A program made the translations under genes and the position numbers. From Guillardia theta nucleomorph (taxonomy: Eukaryota > Protista > Cryptophyta): a stretch of DNA of 32,000 nt. Each line of letters begins with the position of its first letter. The stretch's first letter is position 1. Below, one piece after another: positions 8,761-18,612 of the stretch. The stretch is taken from the NCBI GenBank assembly GCA_000002975.1, contig AJ010592.2, positions 148,916 through 180,915 of the forward strand, written 5' to 3'. Under the pieces are notes generated by a model. It saw nothing but the letters and a program-made list of their open reading frames with translations. It ran no database searches and was not told the origin of the DNA.

Positions 8761-11700
8761 ATGGTAAGAGAAGAAAAGCTTATCAAACTAATTCAATTCG
8801 GAATTTTGTCACCAGATGAAATATTAAAACTTTCAGTCGTTCAAGTTGATTCTGATATGACTTTTGAACACAATTTACCAAAATTAGGAGGTTTACTTGA
8901 TCAGAGGATGGGAACTGTGGATAAAGAATTTTTCTGTACAACTGATATGGGATCATTTTTAGAATCTCCAGGATATTTTGGACACATAAGTTTAAACAGA
9001 CCAGTTTTTCATGAGGGATTTATGGATTATGTTCTAAGAATATTAAGATGTATAGATCATACAACTTCAAAACTTATTATAAATGAAAATTCACAAAAAA
9101 TAAAAAATGTTTTGAAAATTAAAAATTTATCACAAAGACTAAATATTATTTCGAAATTATGTTTAACTGCATGTAATTTAAAGAAAAATAAATTTAATAA
9201 TTTTCTAAAGGATGAAATTATTGAAAAAAGAATTTCCATTCAGCCAAAATATTCAAGAGACGGATGGTGTATAGTTGCAAAATTTGATTCTAGAATAACA
9301 AGTGAGCCTACACGATTAGTATCTGCTGAAAGAATTCATGAGATTTTTGTTAAGATTACTGACGAAGCTTGTGAAAAATTAGGTCTTAACCCTAAACTAT
9401 CTAGACCCGATTGGATGATAATTACAGTGTTACCAGTTCCTCCTCCGACGATCAGACCATCAGTAAAATTCGAAACACTATTGAGAGCAGAAGACGATTT
9501 AACATACAAACTTGGAGACATAATAAGAACAAACAAAATACTAAGAAAAGCAATTTTTTCATGTCTTCCATCACAATTAATAAACGAACAAATAAATCTT
9601 TTACAGTATCATATAGGAAGCTACATGAATAACAGTGTACCTAGCTTGGCGAAATCATTACAAAAAAGCGGAAGACCAATTAAGTCGATTAAACAGAGAC
9701 TTCAAGGTAAAGAAGGAAGATTAAGAGGGAATTTAATGGGTAAGAGAGTTGATTTTTCAGCAAGAACTGTTATCACACCTGATCCGAATATTAAATTGGA
9801 CGAACTGGGAGTACCACTATCAATTGCAATGAATCTTACCTTTCCAGAAATTGTAACTTCATTTAACATTGAATATATGAAATTTTTGCTCTATAATGGA
9901 CCATATAAACATCCAGGAGCAAAATATTTGATAAGAAACGACAATAATAGAATAGATTTAAGATATGTAAAATATTTATCAAATATAAACTTAGAAAATG
10001 GATATTGTGTTGAAAGACACCTACAAAATGGAGATCTTGTTTTGTTTAATCGACAACCTTCATTACATAAAATGTCAATGATGGGGCACATTGTAAAAGT
10101 TATGAAATTTTCAACTTTTAGATTAAATTTATCAGCAACAAGTCCTTATAATGCAGATTTCGACGGAGATGAAATGAATTTACATTTTCCTCAAAACGTA
10201 GAATCTAAATCTGAGTTAAAAAACCTACTCATGGTTTCCAATTGTATTGTTTCTCCTCAAGGAAATAAACCAATTATGGGAATTGTTCAGGATTCATTGT
10301 TGGGTAGTATGTTAATTACCGAAAAAGGTAACTTTCTGAGTAAATATGAAATTATGGCTTATTTAAATCTAATTGAAGGTTATTCATTGAATATTCCTTT
10401 GCCTGCAATTTACAAACCAAGAATTTTATGGACAGGAAAGCAACTTATATCGACAATAATTCCGTGTATAAATTTATCAAGAACTTGTATAAGTCACCCT
10501 GAACACGAAAAGGCTTATGTAACTTCTGGGGATACAAGAGTGATAATTTTTCAAGGGCAATTGCTTAGCGGAATGATTGACAAAAGAACAATAGGAGCAA
10601 CTTCAGGTGGACTAATCCATGTCATATGGAAAGACATTGGCCCTTCTGCGTGTTCTTATTTTATTTCAAATTTTCAAATTATTGTGAATAACTGGCTTCA
10701 ATTAAACGGATTTTCTGTTGGTATTGGAGATTGTATTCCAACTAAAATGGTAAAAAAAGATGTCAGCTTGATAATTAAAACTGCAAAGCTTTTTGTAAAA
10801 AAATCAATTAAAAGGTTATTATCAAAAAAATTTAATGGTTTTTTTAACAAAGATTCAAACTATAATTTAGAAAATCATTTAAATAAAGTATTAAACAACG
10901 CAAGAGATATGGCTGGATCGTCTGCTCAAAAATGTTTAACAAGTTATAATAATTTAAAAAAAATGATATTTTCAGGTTCCAAAGGTTCATTGATAAATAT
11001 TTCACAAATTGTCGCTTGTGTGGGACAACAAAATGTTGAAGGAAAAAGAATACCATTTGGGTTTAGAAAAAGATCTCTTCCACATTATCATTATAAAAAT
11101 TTTGAACCCGAGACAAGAGGTTTTGTTGTAAATTCCTATATAGAAGGTTTATTTCCGGATGAATTTTTCTTCCATTCAATGGGAGGTAGAGAAGGGTTGA
11201 TTGACACTGCAATTAAAACGTCTGAAACTGGATATATCCAAAGAAGACTAAGTAAATCAATGGAAGATATTGTCGTTGAGTATGATTTTTCAGTCAGAAA
11301 TAACCAACAAGAAATAATATCATTTTTATATGGAGAAGATTGTTTTGATGCAGTATATTTAGAAAATCAGAAAATATTTCTTGGAAAAATGTCTGATATA
11401 GAGATGAACATGGTTTACAAAGTTACACAATCATCTCCATGTTTCGGTCTAGCAATTGATAGTAGTTTACTCTTTCTTAGTAATAAATCATATAATTCTA
11501 AAATAGCAAATATCGAATATAATCAATTATTAAAAGACAGAGAATTTTTAAGAAAATTAATGCTAGATCAAAATGATATTAACATTCCTTTACCTGTTAA
11601 TCTTGATAGAATTGTGTCAAAAGCATCAGTTTTGTTTAAAAATCACAAGAATTCTAGTTTAATAAATTTTAAGGAAACAATACGATCCCTAAAATTTCTA

Positions 11701-13182
11701 AGGAATTATTTTTTAGAATTGATAAATTTCAAAATATCATTCAATCAAAAAAAGTCAGATAATAAGCAACTAATTAATCGAGATAACTTTTTATTGGCTA
11801 TTTATATCAGAAGTTCATTGTCATTAAAAATAATTTATACAAAATTCAACTTGAATCAACATGCATTAAATTGGATTGTGAATGAAATATGTTTGAGTAT
11901 AAGGAAATCATTAATACAACCAGGAGAAATGGTAGGTACTATATCAGCACAATCAATTGGTCAACCAGCTACACAAATGACACTTAATACATTTCACTTC
12001 GCAGGCGTTTCAGCTAAAAACGTGACACTGGGTGTGCCAAGATTAAAAGAGATAATCGATATACAAAAAAATATAAAATCTCCTTCATTAACAATTTTTT
12101 TACATAAAAAATGTTCAAATGATCCTCGTAAGGTAAAAAAAATTCAAGAGTCTATCGAATCTGTTAGGTTAAACAGAATTTCAAATTATTTTGAAATCAT
12201 TTATGATCCTGATTTTTTTTTTAGCATTAGCAAATGTAACAGAATTTTAGTAAAAAATTATATGGAAATACCTGATGAAGATATTAATTTTCTTCAAGCT
12301 AGTTCTTGGATTTTAAAACTCAAGCTATTGACAGAAGAATTTGTCGAAAAAGGTCTTTTCTCCAATTACATTATTGAAACAATAAAAAAAAAAATAAAAC
12401 CGATACCATTTTTAATTATAGCGTCAGATGAGAATTCGGGCAGCATTGAATTTTTAGTTAGATTTATTTGGCCCGAATTTATAAACAACTATAACTCTGA
12501 AAAAATTGAAAAATTATTTTCTCGAAGTAATGCAAATACTTTCTTTGAATATATTAAAAGAGCTAATCAGAAAGTTTCAGAAAATTTGTTTTTAGAACCT
12601 AATTATTTTAAAAAAATTAAACATTATTTTTACAATTATAATCTTAAGCCTTATGGTTCTCAAAAATTGACTAAATTATATCCCAGAAGGATAGATATTA
12701 TTGAACCAGAGCCTAATCAAAGCGGAAAATTGAAAAATAATTTTGAATTTGTTCTTGAGACAGAAGGAGTAGATTTAAGGTTTGTAATGAATTACAACGG
12801 TATAGATTATTCCAGATGTACGACTAATGACTTGTTAGAATCTCTAAAAGTTTTGGGAATAGAAGCGACGCGAAAAATATTAATTCAAGAACTTAGAAAT
12901 TTAATTTCCTTCGATGGTAGTTATGTAAATTATAGGCATCTATGCACTCTTGTTGATTTAATTACGTTTAGAGGATCTTTAATGAGTATAAATCGTCATG
13001 GAATTAATAAATGTAATTCTGGTCCAATTGCAAAATCAACATTCGAAGAAACTGTTGATATTTTTTACGAATCAGCAGTCTTTGGACTAAATGATAATCT
13101 GAGGGGAGTTTCTGCACAAATTATGACTGGCATGGTACCGAAAATTGGCACAGGTAAAATAGATTTGTTTGTAAATATTTAA
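8761..13182 (+). CDS. rpb1: RNA polymerase II largest subunit (no CTD)
   Basis: Catalytic YNADFDGDEMN, GNLMGKRVDFSARTVI, QMTLNTFHFAGVSAKNVTLGVPRLKEII and IQFGILSPDEI (Pol II type); 1473 aa. Confidence 0.98.
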   Translation: MVREEKLIKLIQFGILSPDEILKLSVVQVDSDMTFEHNLPKLGGLLDQRMGTVDKEFFCTTDMGSFLESPGYFGHISLNRPVFHEGFMDYVLRILRCIDHTTSKLIINENSQKIKNVLKIKNLSQRLNIISKLCLTACNLKKNKFNNFLKDEIIEKRISIQPKYSRDGWCIVAKFDSRITSEPTRLVSAERIHEIFVKITDEACEKLGLNPKLSRPDWMIITVLPVPPPTIRPSVKFETLLRAEDDLTYKLGDIIRTNKILRKAIFSCLPSQLINEQINLLQYHIGSYMNNSVPSLAKSLQKSGRPIKSIKQRLQGKEGRLRGNLMGKRVDFSARTVITPDPNIKLDELGVPLSIAMNLTFPEIVTSFNIEYMKFLLYNGPYKHPGAKYLIRNDNNRIDLRYVKYLSNINLENGYCVERHLQNGDLVLFNRQPSLHKMSMMGHIVKVMKFSTFRLNLSATSPYNADFDGDEMNLHFPQNVESKSELKNLLMVSNCIVSPQGNKPIMGIVQDSLLGSMLITEKGNFLSKYEIMAYLNLIEGYSLNIPLPAIYKPRILWTGKQLISTIIPCINLSRTCISHPEHEKAYVTSGDTRVIIFQGQLLSGMIDKRTIGATSGGLIHVIWKDIGPSACSYFISNFQIIVNNWLQLNGFSVGIGDCIPTKMVKKDVSLIIKTAKLFVKKSIKRLLSKKFNGFFNKDSNYNLENHLNKVLNNARDMAGSSAQKCLTSYNNLKKMIFSGSKGSLINISQIVACVGQQNVEGKRIPFGFRKRSLPHYHYKNFEPETRGFVVNSYIEGLFPDEFFFHSMGGREGLIDTAIKTSETGYIQRRLSKSMEDIVVEYDFSVRNNQQEIISFLYGEDCFDAVYLENQKIFLGKMSDIEMNMVYKVTQSSPCFGLAIDSSLLFLSNKSYNSKIANIEYNQLLKDREFLRKLMLDQNDINIPLPVNLDRIVSKASVLFKNHKNSSLINFKETIRSLKFLRNYFLELINFKISFNQKKSDNKQLINRDNFLLAIYIRSSLSLKIIYTKFNLNQHALNWIVNEICLSIRKSLIQPGEMVGTISAQSIGQPATQMTLNTFHFAGVSAKNVTLGVPRLKEIIDIQKNIKSPSLTIFLHKKCSNDPRKVKKIQESIESVRLNRISNYFEIIYDPDFFFSISKCNRILVKNYMEIPDEDINFLQASSWILKLKLLTEEFVEKGLFSNYIIETIKKKIKPIPFLIIASDENSGSIEFLVRFIWPEFINNYNSEKIEKLFSRSNANTFFEYIKRANQKVSENLFLEPNYFKKIKHYFYNYNLKPYGSQKLTKLYPRRIDIIEPEPNQSGKLKNNFEFVLETEGVDLRFVMNYNGIDYSRCTTNDLLESLKVLGIEATRKILIQELRNLISFDGSYVNYRHLCTLVDLITFRGSLMSINRHGINKCNSGPIAKSTFEETVDIFYESAVFGLNDNLRGVSAQIMTGMVPKIGTGKIDLFVNI

Positions 13183-13217
13183 ATACTTGAATAATTTAAC
13201 ATTAGAGTTTACATTCA

Positions 13218-13568
13218 ATGTTGAAATTACGAGAAATTATGATTATTTTAAAAAAAAACAATATATCAAAAACTGATATATCTTCAATCAGATTTTTTAT
13301 GGAATTGTGTTATTCTTTGTCATTAAAACTGTTTTACTCAATGAAAAACTTTGATATAAATTTAACTAAATGCGTAAATCTTCCATTTAAAAAAGACGCA
13401 ATTGTAAAAAATTTAACTCGAAAATTTTCAAACATAATTACAAATAAATATGAAGATTTTATAAAAAAAAAAAAATTAAATTCTATGATTTTTTTAAAAA
13501 ATATTAAGAAAAAGAAAAAATTTAAAGAAAAAAGAATCATATTAAAAACTTTATTTTTTCCATTCTGA
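13218..13568 (+). CDS. Hypothetical protein with possible TAF9-like histone-fold N-terminus
   Basis: IMIILKKNNISKTDISSIRFFMELCYSLSLKLF resembles TAF9 [33 protein letters not shown]; weak, by-eye match. Confidence 0.5.
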   Translation: MLKLREIMIILKKNNISKTDISSIRFFMELCYSLSLKLFYSMKNFDINLTKCVNLPFKKDAIVKNLTRKFSNIITNKYEDFIKKKKLNSMIFLKNIKKKKKFKEKRIILKTLFFPF

Positions 13569-13580
13569 TTTCACCCTTTC

Positions 13581-14141
13581 TTAAATAGATTTATTAATCT
13601 TAAAACTTAAAATATTTAAAATTTTGAAATTTAATCTAGGACCAATTTCTTGAATTTTTACATCTCTTAAATTCTTTGAAAATATATATCTGAATGATCT
13701 AAAATATATTATTCCTTTATTTGAATAAATACAAAGAAGTTCTCTATTTGTTAAGGGTGAAACTTGATATAGTATTTGTGTTAAAACTTTCTGAATATAA
13801 ATTTCATGTTGAGCTTTGAAATTTAAATAGATTATTTCAGGGTAGTCTTTGTATATTATTGAAGAAATTCTAGAAGTTATCAATAAATTATTAATTCCGA
13901 ATTTTATATGAATGTTCTCTTGAAAATTCACAATTGAAACAAAATATCTATTATTATTTTCGAATAGATAAATCATGTTATTAATATTCTTTCGTTTTAA
14001 ATAAATCATAAGATGTCGAAATTTGAATTTATTTCTTTTATAATAGCGTGGAGTTATTAAGTATTTTTTAAGTAAATGCAATATTTTTAAAAGAGTTTTA
14101 GAAGGTTTTTTTGATGTTGTAATAATACTGTAAAATTTCAT
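13581..14141 (-). CDS. RPF1: Brix-domain ribosome biogenesis protein, Rpf1-like
   Basis: IITTSKKPS, YYKR, PEIIYLNF, IYFRSFRYIF and the Brix signature QEIGPRL; the FRxxRYIF motif favours Rpf1 over Imp4. Confidence 0.8.
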   Translation of the reverse strand: MKFYSIITTSKKPSKTLLKILHLLKKYLITPRYYKRNKFKFRHLMIYLKRKNINNMIYLFENNNRYFVSIVNFQENIHIKFGINNLLITSRISSIIYKDYPEIIYLNFKAQHEIYIQKVLTQILYQVSPLTNRELLCIYSNKGIIYFRSFRYIFSKNLRDVKIQEIGPRLNFKILNILSFKINKSI

Positions 14142-14194
14142 TATATATATTTTACAATATAATAATTTAACAATAAATGTATATAATATTAATA

Positions 14195-14806
14195 CTAGTA
14201 TATATATTCATACATATTAGTATTAAGAATAAATTTTGTTTTGAGAAAAAATTTAAAATCTAAATTTGAAGTAGTAATGATCTTATATTTGATATGAAAA
14301 ACATTTTCTGGGAGAAGTGTAAATGCTATCTTTAGTATTGAAAAATTTTTAGTAAAAAATTTACTTAGGTACTTAAGCAAAAAAAAGTTAACTTTATCTT
14401 TGAACAAAAAAAATTTAGAAATTTTTCGTAGTAATATTTTATTATTAATACGAATAGTGTTATTCGCTTCATGAATATTACGGTTTTGAAAATATTTATT
14501 TTTAATAATATATTTGTACATTAATAATCTATAAAACCATTGCCATTTAATGATAATTTTTCGATTTTTATATTTTACATGATAATAAATTTTATCAAAT
14601 ATATTAGTGTTAAAAATTTCCAAATCTTTAGTAAGATACCATTTTTTAGAAATTACATTTTCTTGTAATAAATCAATGAATATTTTTTTAATATCTATTT
14701 TAAAATATCTTCCTAAAATAAAAATTTTTTTCTCCCAATTAAAAGTTCTATTTTTGCAACCGATCAATTTTGCAAAAAAATGTTCACTTTTTATCTTTGA
14801 TTTCAT
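14195..14806 (-). CDS. Hypothetical protein (~203 aa)
   Basis: ORF from the ATG at 14806 (the track start is TTG); tiles between its neighbours; no motif recognised. Confidence 0.7.
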   Translation of the reverse strand: MKSKIKSEHFFAKLIGCKNRTFNWEKKIFILGRYFKIDIKKIFIDLLQENVISKKWYLTKDLEIFNTNIFDKIYYHVKYKNRKIIIKWQWFYRLLMYKYIIKNKYFQNRNIHEANNTIRINNKILLRKISKFFLFKDKVNFFLLKYLSKFFTKNFSILKIAFTLLPENVFHIKYKIITTSNLDFKFFLKTKFILNTNMYEYIY

Positions 14807-14880
14807 TCTTAAAAGATCTGTAATATATTTAATCAATTTTTATCCCTCTAAACCGATGTGTGTATAATAATAAGTTAAAT

Positions 14881-15156
14881 ATGGGTAAACGAACTTTAAA
14901 AGTAGGAATTGTAGGAAAATACGGAACTAGATACGGTTCTTCCATTAGGAAACAAATTAAGAAAATTGAAATATCACAGCATAGAACTTTTTTTTGCAAG
15001 TTCTGTGGTAAAAAAAAAATAAAAAGAATATCTATTGGTATTTGGAACTGTAAAAAATGTAATAAAACATTTGCTGGAGGAGCATGGGAGTTACAGACTG
15101 AGGCTGGGTTTTTATCTCAGAATATAATAAAAAAAACAACTAAAAATACAAACTAA
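14881..15156 (+). CDS. rpl37A: 60S ribosomal protein L37A (eL43)
   Basis: MGKRTLKVGIVGKYGTRYGSSIRKQ, C4 zinc finger CKFC/CKKC, and AGGAW. ATG is at 14881. Confidence 0.97.
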   Translation: MGKRTLKVGIVGKYGTRYGSSIRKQIKKIEISQHRTFFCKFCGKKKIKRISIGIWNCKKCNKTFAGGAWELQTEAGFLSQNIIKKTTKNTN

Positions 15157-15190
15157 TACAATTAAAAGGATAAAATTAAGAAAATCAAAA

Positions 15191-15889
15191 CTATTTATTT
15201 TTATTCTTTATTAAATAATTTTTTTTGATTGTACTTAAACTATCTCTTGATAAAAAAATATTGGAAAATTGTTTTTTTAATTTTTCTTCATCTTCGTTTT
15301 TCAATAAATCGATATATTTAATAATGTGTATACCTTTTGACCTTTCATTAAATAATTCCTTAGAATCAATTTCATTATTTTTTACTTTAAATATTTTATT
15401 ATAATTATGAGGTATATTTATACCTGAATCGACACTTCCTTTCATAGAGGCAAACGATTTATTGCCAATAGTTGCTCTCTTCAAACCTATGTCTATTATT
15501 GCTGTAATTTTACTAGAATAATTTTTTTTATTGTATGTTTCTGATTGTTTTACCTTTTCAATTAAGTCTTTTCCGAAATAATAACCTAGTAAGTATGAGA
15601 ATGGATAGTTGTTTGTCAAATTTTTATATTCTAATTTAGACAGATTTTTAAGATAGGAACTCAATAAAATAAAATCTCCGTCAACATTACTATTTACCAT
15701 TTGTAAAGATAGATTTCTTTTCGAAAATCTAATAATTATTCTTTTTTTTTTATTTTCAAATTTTTTTTTATCTTGCCGTATTAATTTCATTCGTTTTTTG
15801 TAATCTGTTTTTCCTATTCTTCTTCTTCTTTTTTTTAATTTAAATCTGCTATGATAACTTGCATTGGACTTAAGCGCATATTGTATCAT
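15191..15889 (-). CDS. rpl5: 60S ribosomal protein L5 (uL18), shortened and divergent
   Basis: RRRRIGKTDYKKR, IDIGLKRATIGNKSF, KGSVDSGINIPH, L..EDEE..KKQFS. Confidence 0.93.
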   Translation of the reverse strand: MIQYALKSNASYHSRFKLKKRRRRIGKTDYKKRMKLIRQDKKKFENKKKRIIIRFSKRNLSLQMVNSNVDGDFILLSSYLKNLSKLEYKNLTNNYPFSYLLGYYFGKDLIEKVKQSETYNKKNYSSKITAIIDIGLKRATIGNKSFASMKGSVDSGINIPHNYNKIFKVKNNEIDSKELFNERSKGIHIIKYIDLLKNEDEEKLKKQFSNIFLSRDSLSTIKKNYLIKNKNK

Positions 15890-15927
15890 TATATTCTAAT
15901 TAAAATTTAATAATTTTAAATTATTAT

Positions 15928-16410
15928 TTATTTAAAATCAAATAAACTAATAAAATTATATGCATTTAATAAGCTATTTTTGAAAAAAAAATCTAAATTA
16001 AATAAAATATAATGTTTTTTATCTTTAATTTTTATAATACCTTTGATTTTTTTTTGTAAAATAAGCAGTTTAATCTTCGTAATTATTTTATAATAATAAA
16101 TTTTTTGTAGCTTTTTTTTAAGTATAGATGATAATAAATAAATATCACAACATCTTATCCTTACATTTTGATAATTTTGAAAATAATAAGGTGTTTTAAA
16201 CAAATATTCTATAGAAAAATTATGTAAAAAACTATAACATCTAGATATTGTAAAAATTTTTATAGGAATTAATATTTTTTTTAGAAGCTTATTACTTATC
16301 TTCGTTGAATTATTAGATTTTTTATTATTTTCAATTATTGAATTAATTTTTAGTATTACAATTTTTTTTATATGATAAATGGTCAAATAATTGATTTTAT
16401 CAAAATTCAT
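15928..16410 (-). CDS. Hypothetical protein (160 aa), possible degenerate PCI winged-helix C-terminus
   Basis: ATG ORF; KIKLLILQKKIKGII...ILF loosely resembles PCI-domain LSQMILDKKFHGIL...LIIF. Confidence 0.55.
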   Translation of the reverse strand: MNFDKINYLTIYHIKKIVILKINSIIENNKKSNNSTKISNKLLKKILIPIKIFTISRCYSFLHNFSIEYLFKTPYYFQNYQNVRIRCCDIYLLSSILKKKLQKIYYYKIITKIKLLILQKKIKGIIKIKDKKHYILFNLDFFFKNSLLNAYNFISLFDFK

Positions 16411-16444
16411 TAAATTATAATCTTATTAATAACTCAAACAATTA

Positions 16445-17518
16445 ATGAATATATTAAAATGTAAACATAAATTTAAGAAAGTTTATAAATTAAATTCAGT
16501 TTTATCTGGATTACCAAAACATTTAATATGTTCTGAGTGCTTTTTCTTTATTGGAAATATGCCTATAAACATATCTAGAAATCAATTAAAGTTTTTTTTC
16601 AAGAATGATTACGGTTTTTTTGAAAAAACCGATGGTTTTCGATTTATTTTGCTAATTTCAAAAAAATTTTATTTGATAGATAGAAAAAATAAAATATTTG
16701 TATTGAAGAATTTTAAAAATCCTAATTATTTGGAAGGGTATTACTGTTTTGATGGTGAATTGTGTTTTGATTTTATTTCTCAGTCTTATATTTATTTGAT
16801 ATATGATTTTCTCGTATTTAAAAATGATTGGAGAATTTCAACATGGGATCTTAGTTCTAGAATGCATTTTTCCACATATTTTGTAAAAATATTAAATTTA
16901 AATTTGAAAAATATTTTTTTTTTTAATGTTAAGAGTATAATGAAATTATTTCAATTGGAAATTTTTTTTGAGTCATTAATAGAAAATCTATATTCTTCTG
17001 AAAAAGTTTATTACAGTTACTTAATATTTAAAATATATTGTACAAAAATCGATGGAGTTGTTTTTTCATCTAACAACATATCATATTCTACAAATAGACC
17101 TCTAAATAATTTTAAATGGAAGTTTGGTAATCTCAATACTGTTGATATGAAATTAAATTATTGTTATACTAAAACTTCTAAAAACTTGATAAATTATCTT
17201 CTTTGTAAAATAAATAAATCAAATAATATGAGAATTTTTAAAATAAAGAAAAAGAGTTTTGCTAATATTGAAAATAATTTAAACGAATCTATTTATGAGT
17301 TTATTTTTGACAAACAATATGTTCAATGGGTGTACTATAAAATTAGAAAAGATAAATTTGAACCGAACTCTTTTAGAACTCTATTGGACACTTTATATAC
17401 AATTTCTTCGAATGTGGGATTGTTTGAAATATCAAATTATTTAAAAAAAAATACTCTCAAAACAATGAGAGGAAAAGTGTTTAAATCCAATGTTTTTGAA
17501 AATTATAAATCATTATAG
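16445..17518 (+). CDS. CEG1: mRNA capping enzyme, guanylyltransferase
   Basis: Nucleotidyltransferase motifs in order: I EKTDGFR, III FDGEL, IIIa YLIYDFL, IV IDGVVF, V FKWK, VI IRKDKFEPN. Confidence 0.92.
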   Translation: MNILKCKHKFKKVYKLNSVLSGLPKHLICSECFFFIGNMPINISRNQLKFFFKNDYGFFEKTDGFRFILLISKKFYLIDRKNKIFVLKNFKNPNYLEGYYCFDGELCFDFISQSYIYLIYDFLVFKNDWRISTWDLSSRMHFSTYFVKILNLNLKNIFFFNVKSIMKLFQLEIFFESLIENLYSSEKVYYSYLIFKIYCTKIDGVVFSSNNISYSTNRPLNNFKWKFGNLNTVDMKLNYCYTKTSKNLINYLLCKINKSNNMRIFKIKKKSFANIENNLNESIYEFIFDKQYVQWVYYKIRKDKFEPNSFRTLLDTLYTISSNVGLFEISNYLKKNTLKTMRGKVFKSNVFENYKSL

Positions 17519-17567
17519 GTCTGTTATTATCATATTACTTCAGATACCGTCATTATAATCATAATTT
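17506..17567 (-). ncRNA. Minimal double-guide box C/D snoRNA targeting 18S rRNA (snR79-like and snR56/U25-like guides)
   Basis: Minus strand reads C box ATGATTA (17556-62), guide ATGACGGTAT, D' CTGA (17540-43), C' ATGATAA (17527-33), guide ACAGACCT(ATA), D ATGA (17510-13). The guides are complementary to this window's 18S at 25020-25029 and 25451-25458. Confidence 0.8.
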
Positions 17568-17593
17568 TAATTAAATATTATATAAAAATGATT

Positions 17594-18529
17594 TTAATAT
17601 TTTAATATTTTAATCAAACCATCGATTGTACCGATAATCACTTTGGAGCCGGCATTGTCCCAGAATAATGAATAAATTTTTCCTGCTTTAATTTTATCAT
17701 GTACAGTATCATTTAATGAATATTCAAAAATCATTTTTTTGGTTTCTAGATCCCATATCATTATCTTTGTGTATGATCCAATTGTAAGCCAGTAATGATT
17801 CGGAGAGAATGTGATAGATACTATTCTATCATTTATTTCTAACGAGTAAAGATGCTTCCCTTCATTTAGATCCCATAGTATAATACTTTTATCGCCTCCA
17901 CCTGAAGCGCATAAAGATCCATCAGGTGAGATCGCAAGCTCTTTAACATAATTTTTATGTCCAATTAATTTTTTTTGTATTTTACTTTCTCTTAGATTCC
18001 ACAAATTTATTTCACCATCCCAGTTGCTGCTTATTATTTCATCATTTCTATTAGTTATTAAAATTACATTACATATCCAGGAGGAAGATCCTTTATCAAT
18101 TAGTGTCTTTTTACACTCTCCGACCGTATTCCATATTCTGATAGTACAATCTCTTGAACAAGAGATAATTTGTCTTTCGTCCTCTGAAAAACTAACAGAT
18201 AAAACTGATTTTTTGTGTCCATTAAGTGTCCTTAAGGTTTTTGCTGACATCAAATCCCATAATCTTAAAGAGTTATCCCATGATGAAGATATGCAAAAAT
18301 CACCGTTATTAGAAAGTTTTACACATGATACGAAATGAGAGTGTCCTTTTAATCTTTTTAGTGCAATTACCATTTTATCACTTTCTTCATCTTCAACTTT
18401 CCATATAAGAATAGTTTTATCCCTTGAAGAACTTGCAAAAAGACTTTTGTTGTTTTTACAGTTTGATATTGATGTAATTGCATCAGAATGATATTTTTCA
18501 TTCCATATGCATTTGAATGAAAAATCCAT
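17594..18529 (-). CDS. RACK1: RACK1 / guanine nucleotide-binding protein beta-subunit-like
   Basis: Seven WD40 repeats with RACK1 signatures SSSRDKTILIW, RLKGHSHFV, ISPDGSLCASGG, LWDLNEGKHLYSL and FSPNHYWL. Confidence 0.95.
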   Translation of the reverse strand: MDFSFKCIWNEKYHSDAITSISNCKNNKSLFASSSRDKTILIWKVEDEESDKMVIALKRLKGHSHFVSCVKLSNNGDFCISSSWDNSLRLWDLMSAKTLRTLNGHKKSVLSVSFSEDERQIISCSRDCTIRIWNTVGECKKTLIDKGSSSWICNVILITNRNDEIISSNWDGEINLWNLRESKIQKKLIGHKNYVKELAISPDGSLCASGGGDKSIILWDLNEGKHLYSLEINDRIVSITFSPNHYWLTIGSYTKIMIWDLETKKMIFEYSLNDTVHDKIKAGKIYSLFWDNAGSKVIIGTIDGLIKILKY

Positions 18530-18612
18530 ATATGTGTAGTTATATATTATAATAAATATTAAATTATTATTATATATTTTTGATTATAATTTTATATAAA
18601 TAAATCTACAGT

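Noticed and set aside
14843-14856. TCCCTCTAA followed by A-CCGA, complementary to 18S TTAGAGGGA in a D+5 register matching human Gm1447
   Set aside because: There is no credible C box at a suitable distance, the D box is non-canonical, and a 9-nt match is too short alone. Worth rechecking only with small-RNA data.
926-18338. Short antisense or nested ORFs within AT-rich genes (e.g. 926-1132, 2505-2720, 4761-5003, 9057-11056, 18024-18338)
   Set aside because: They overlap well-supported genes or tRNAs and have no independent motifs.
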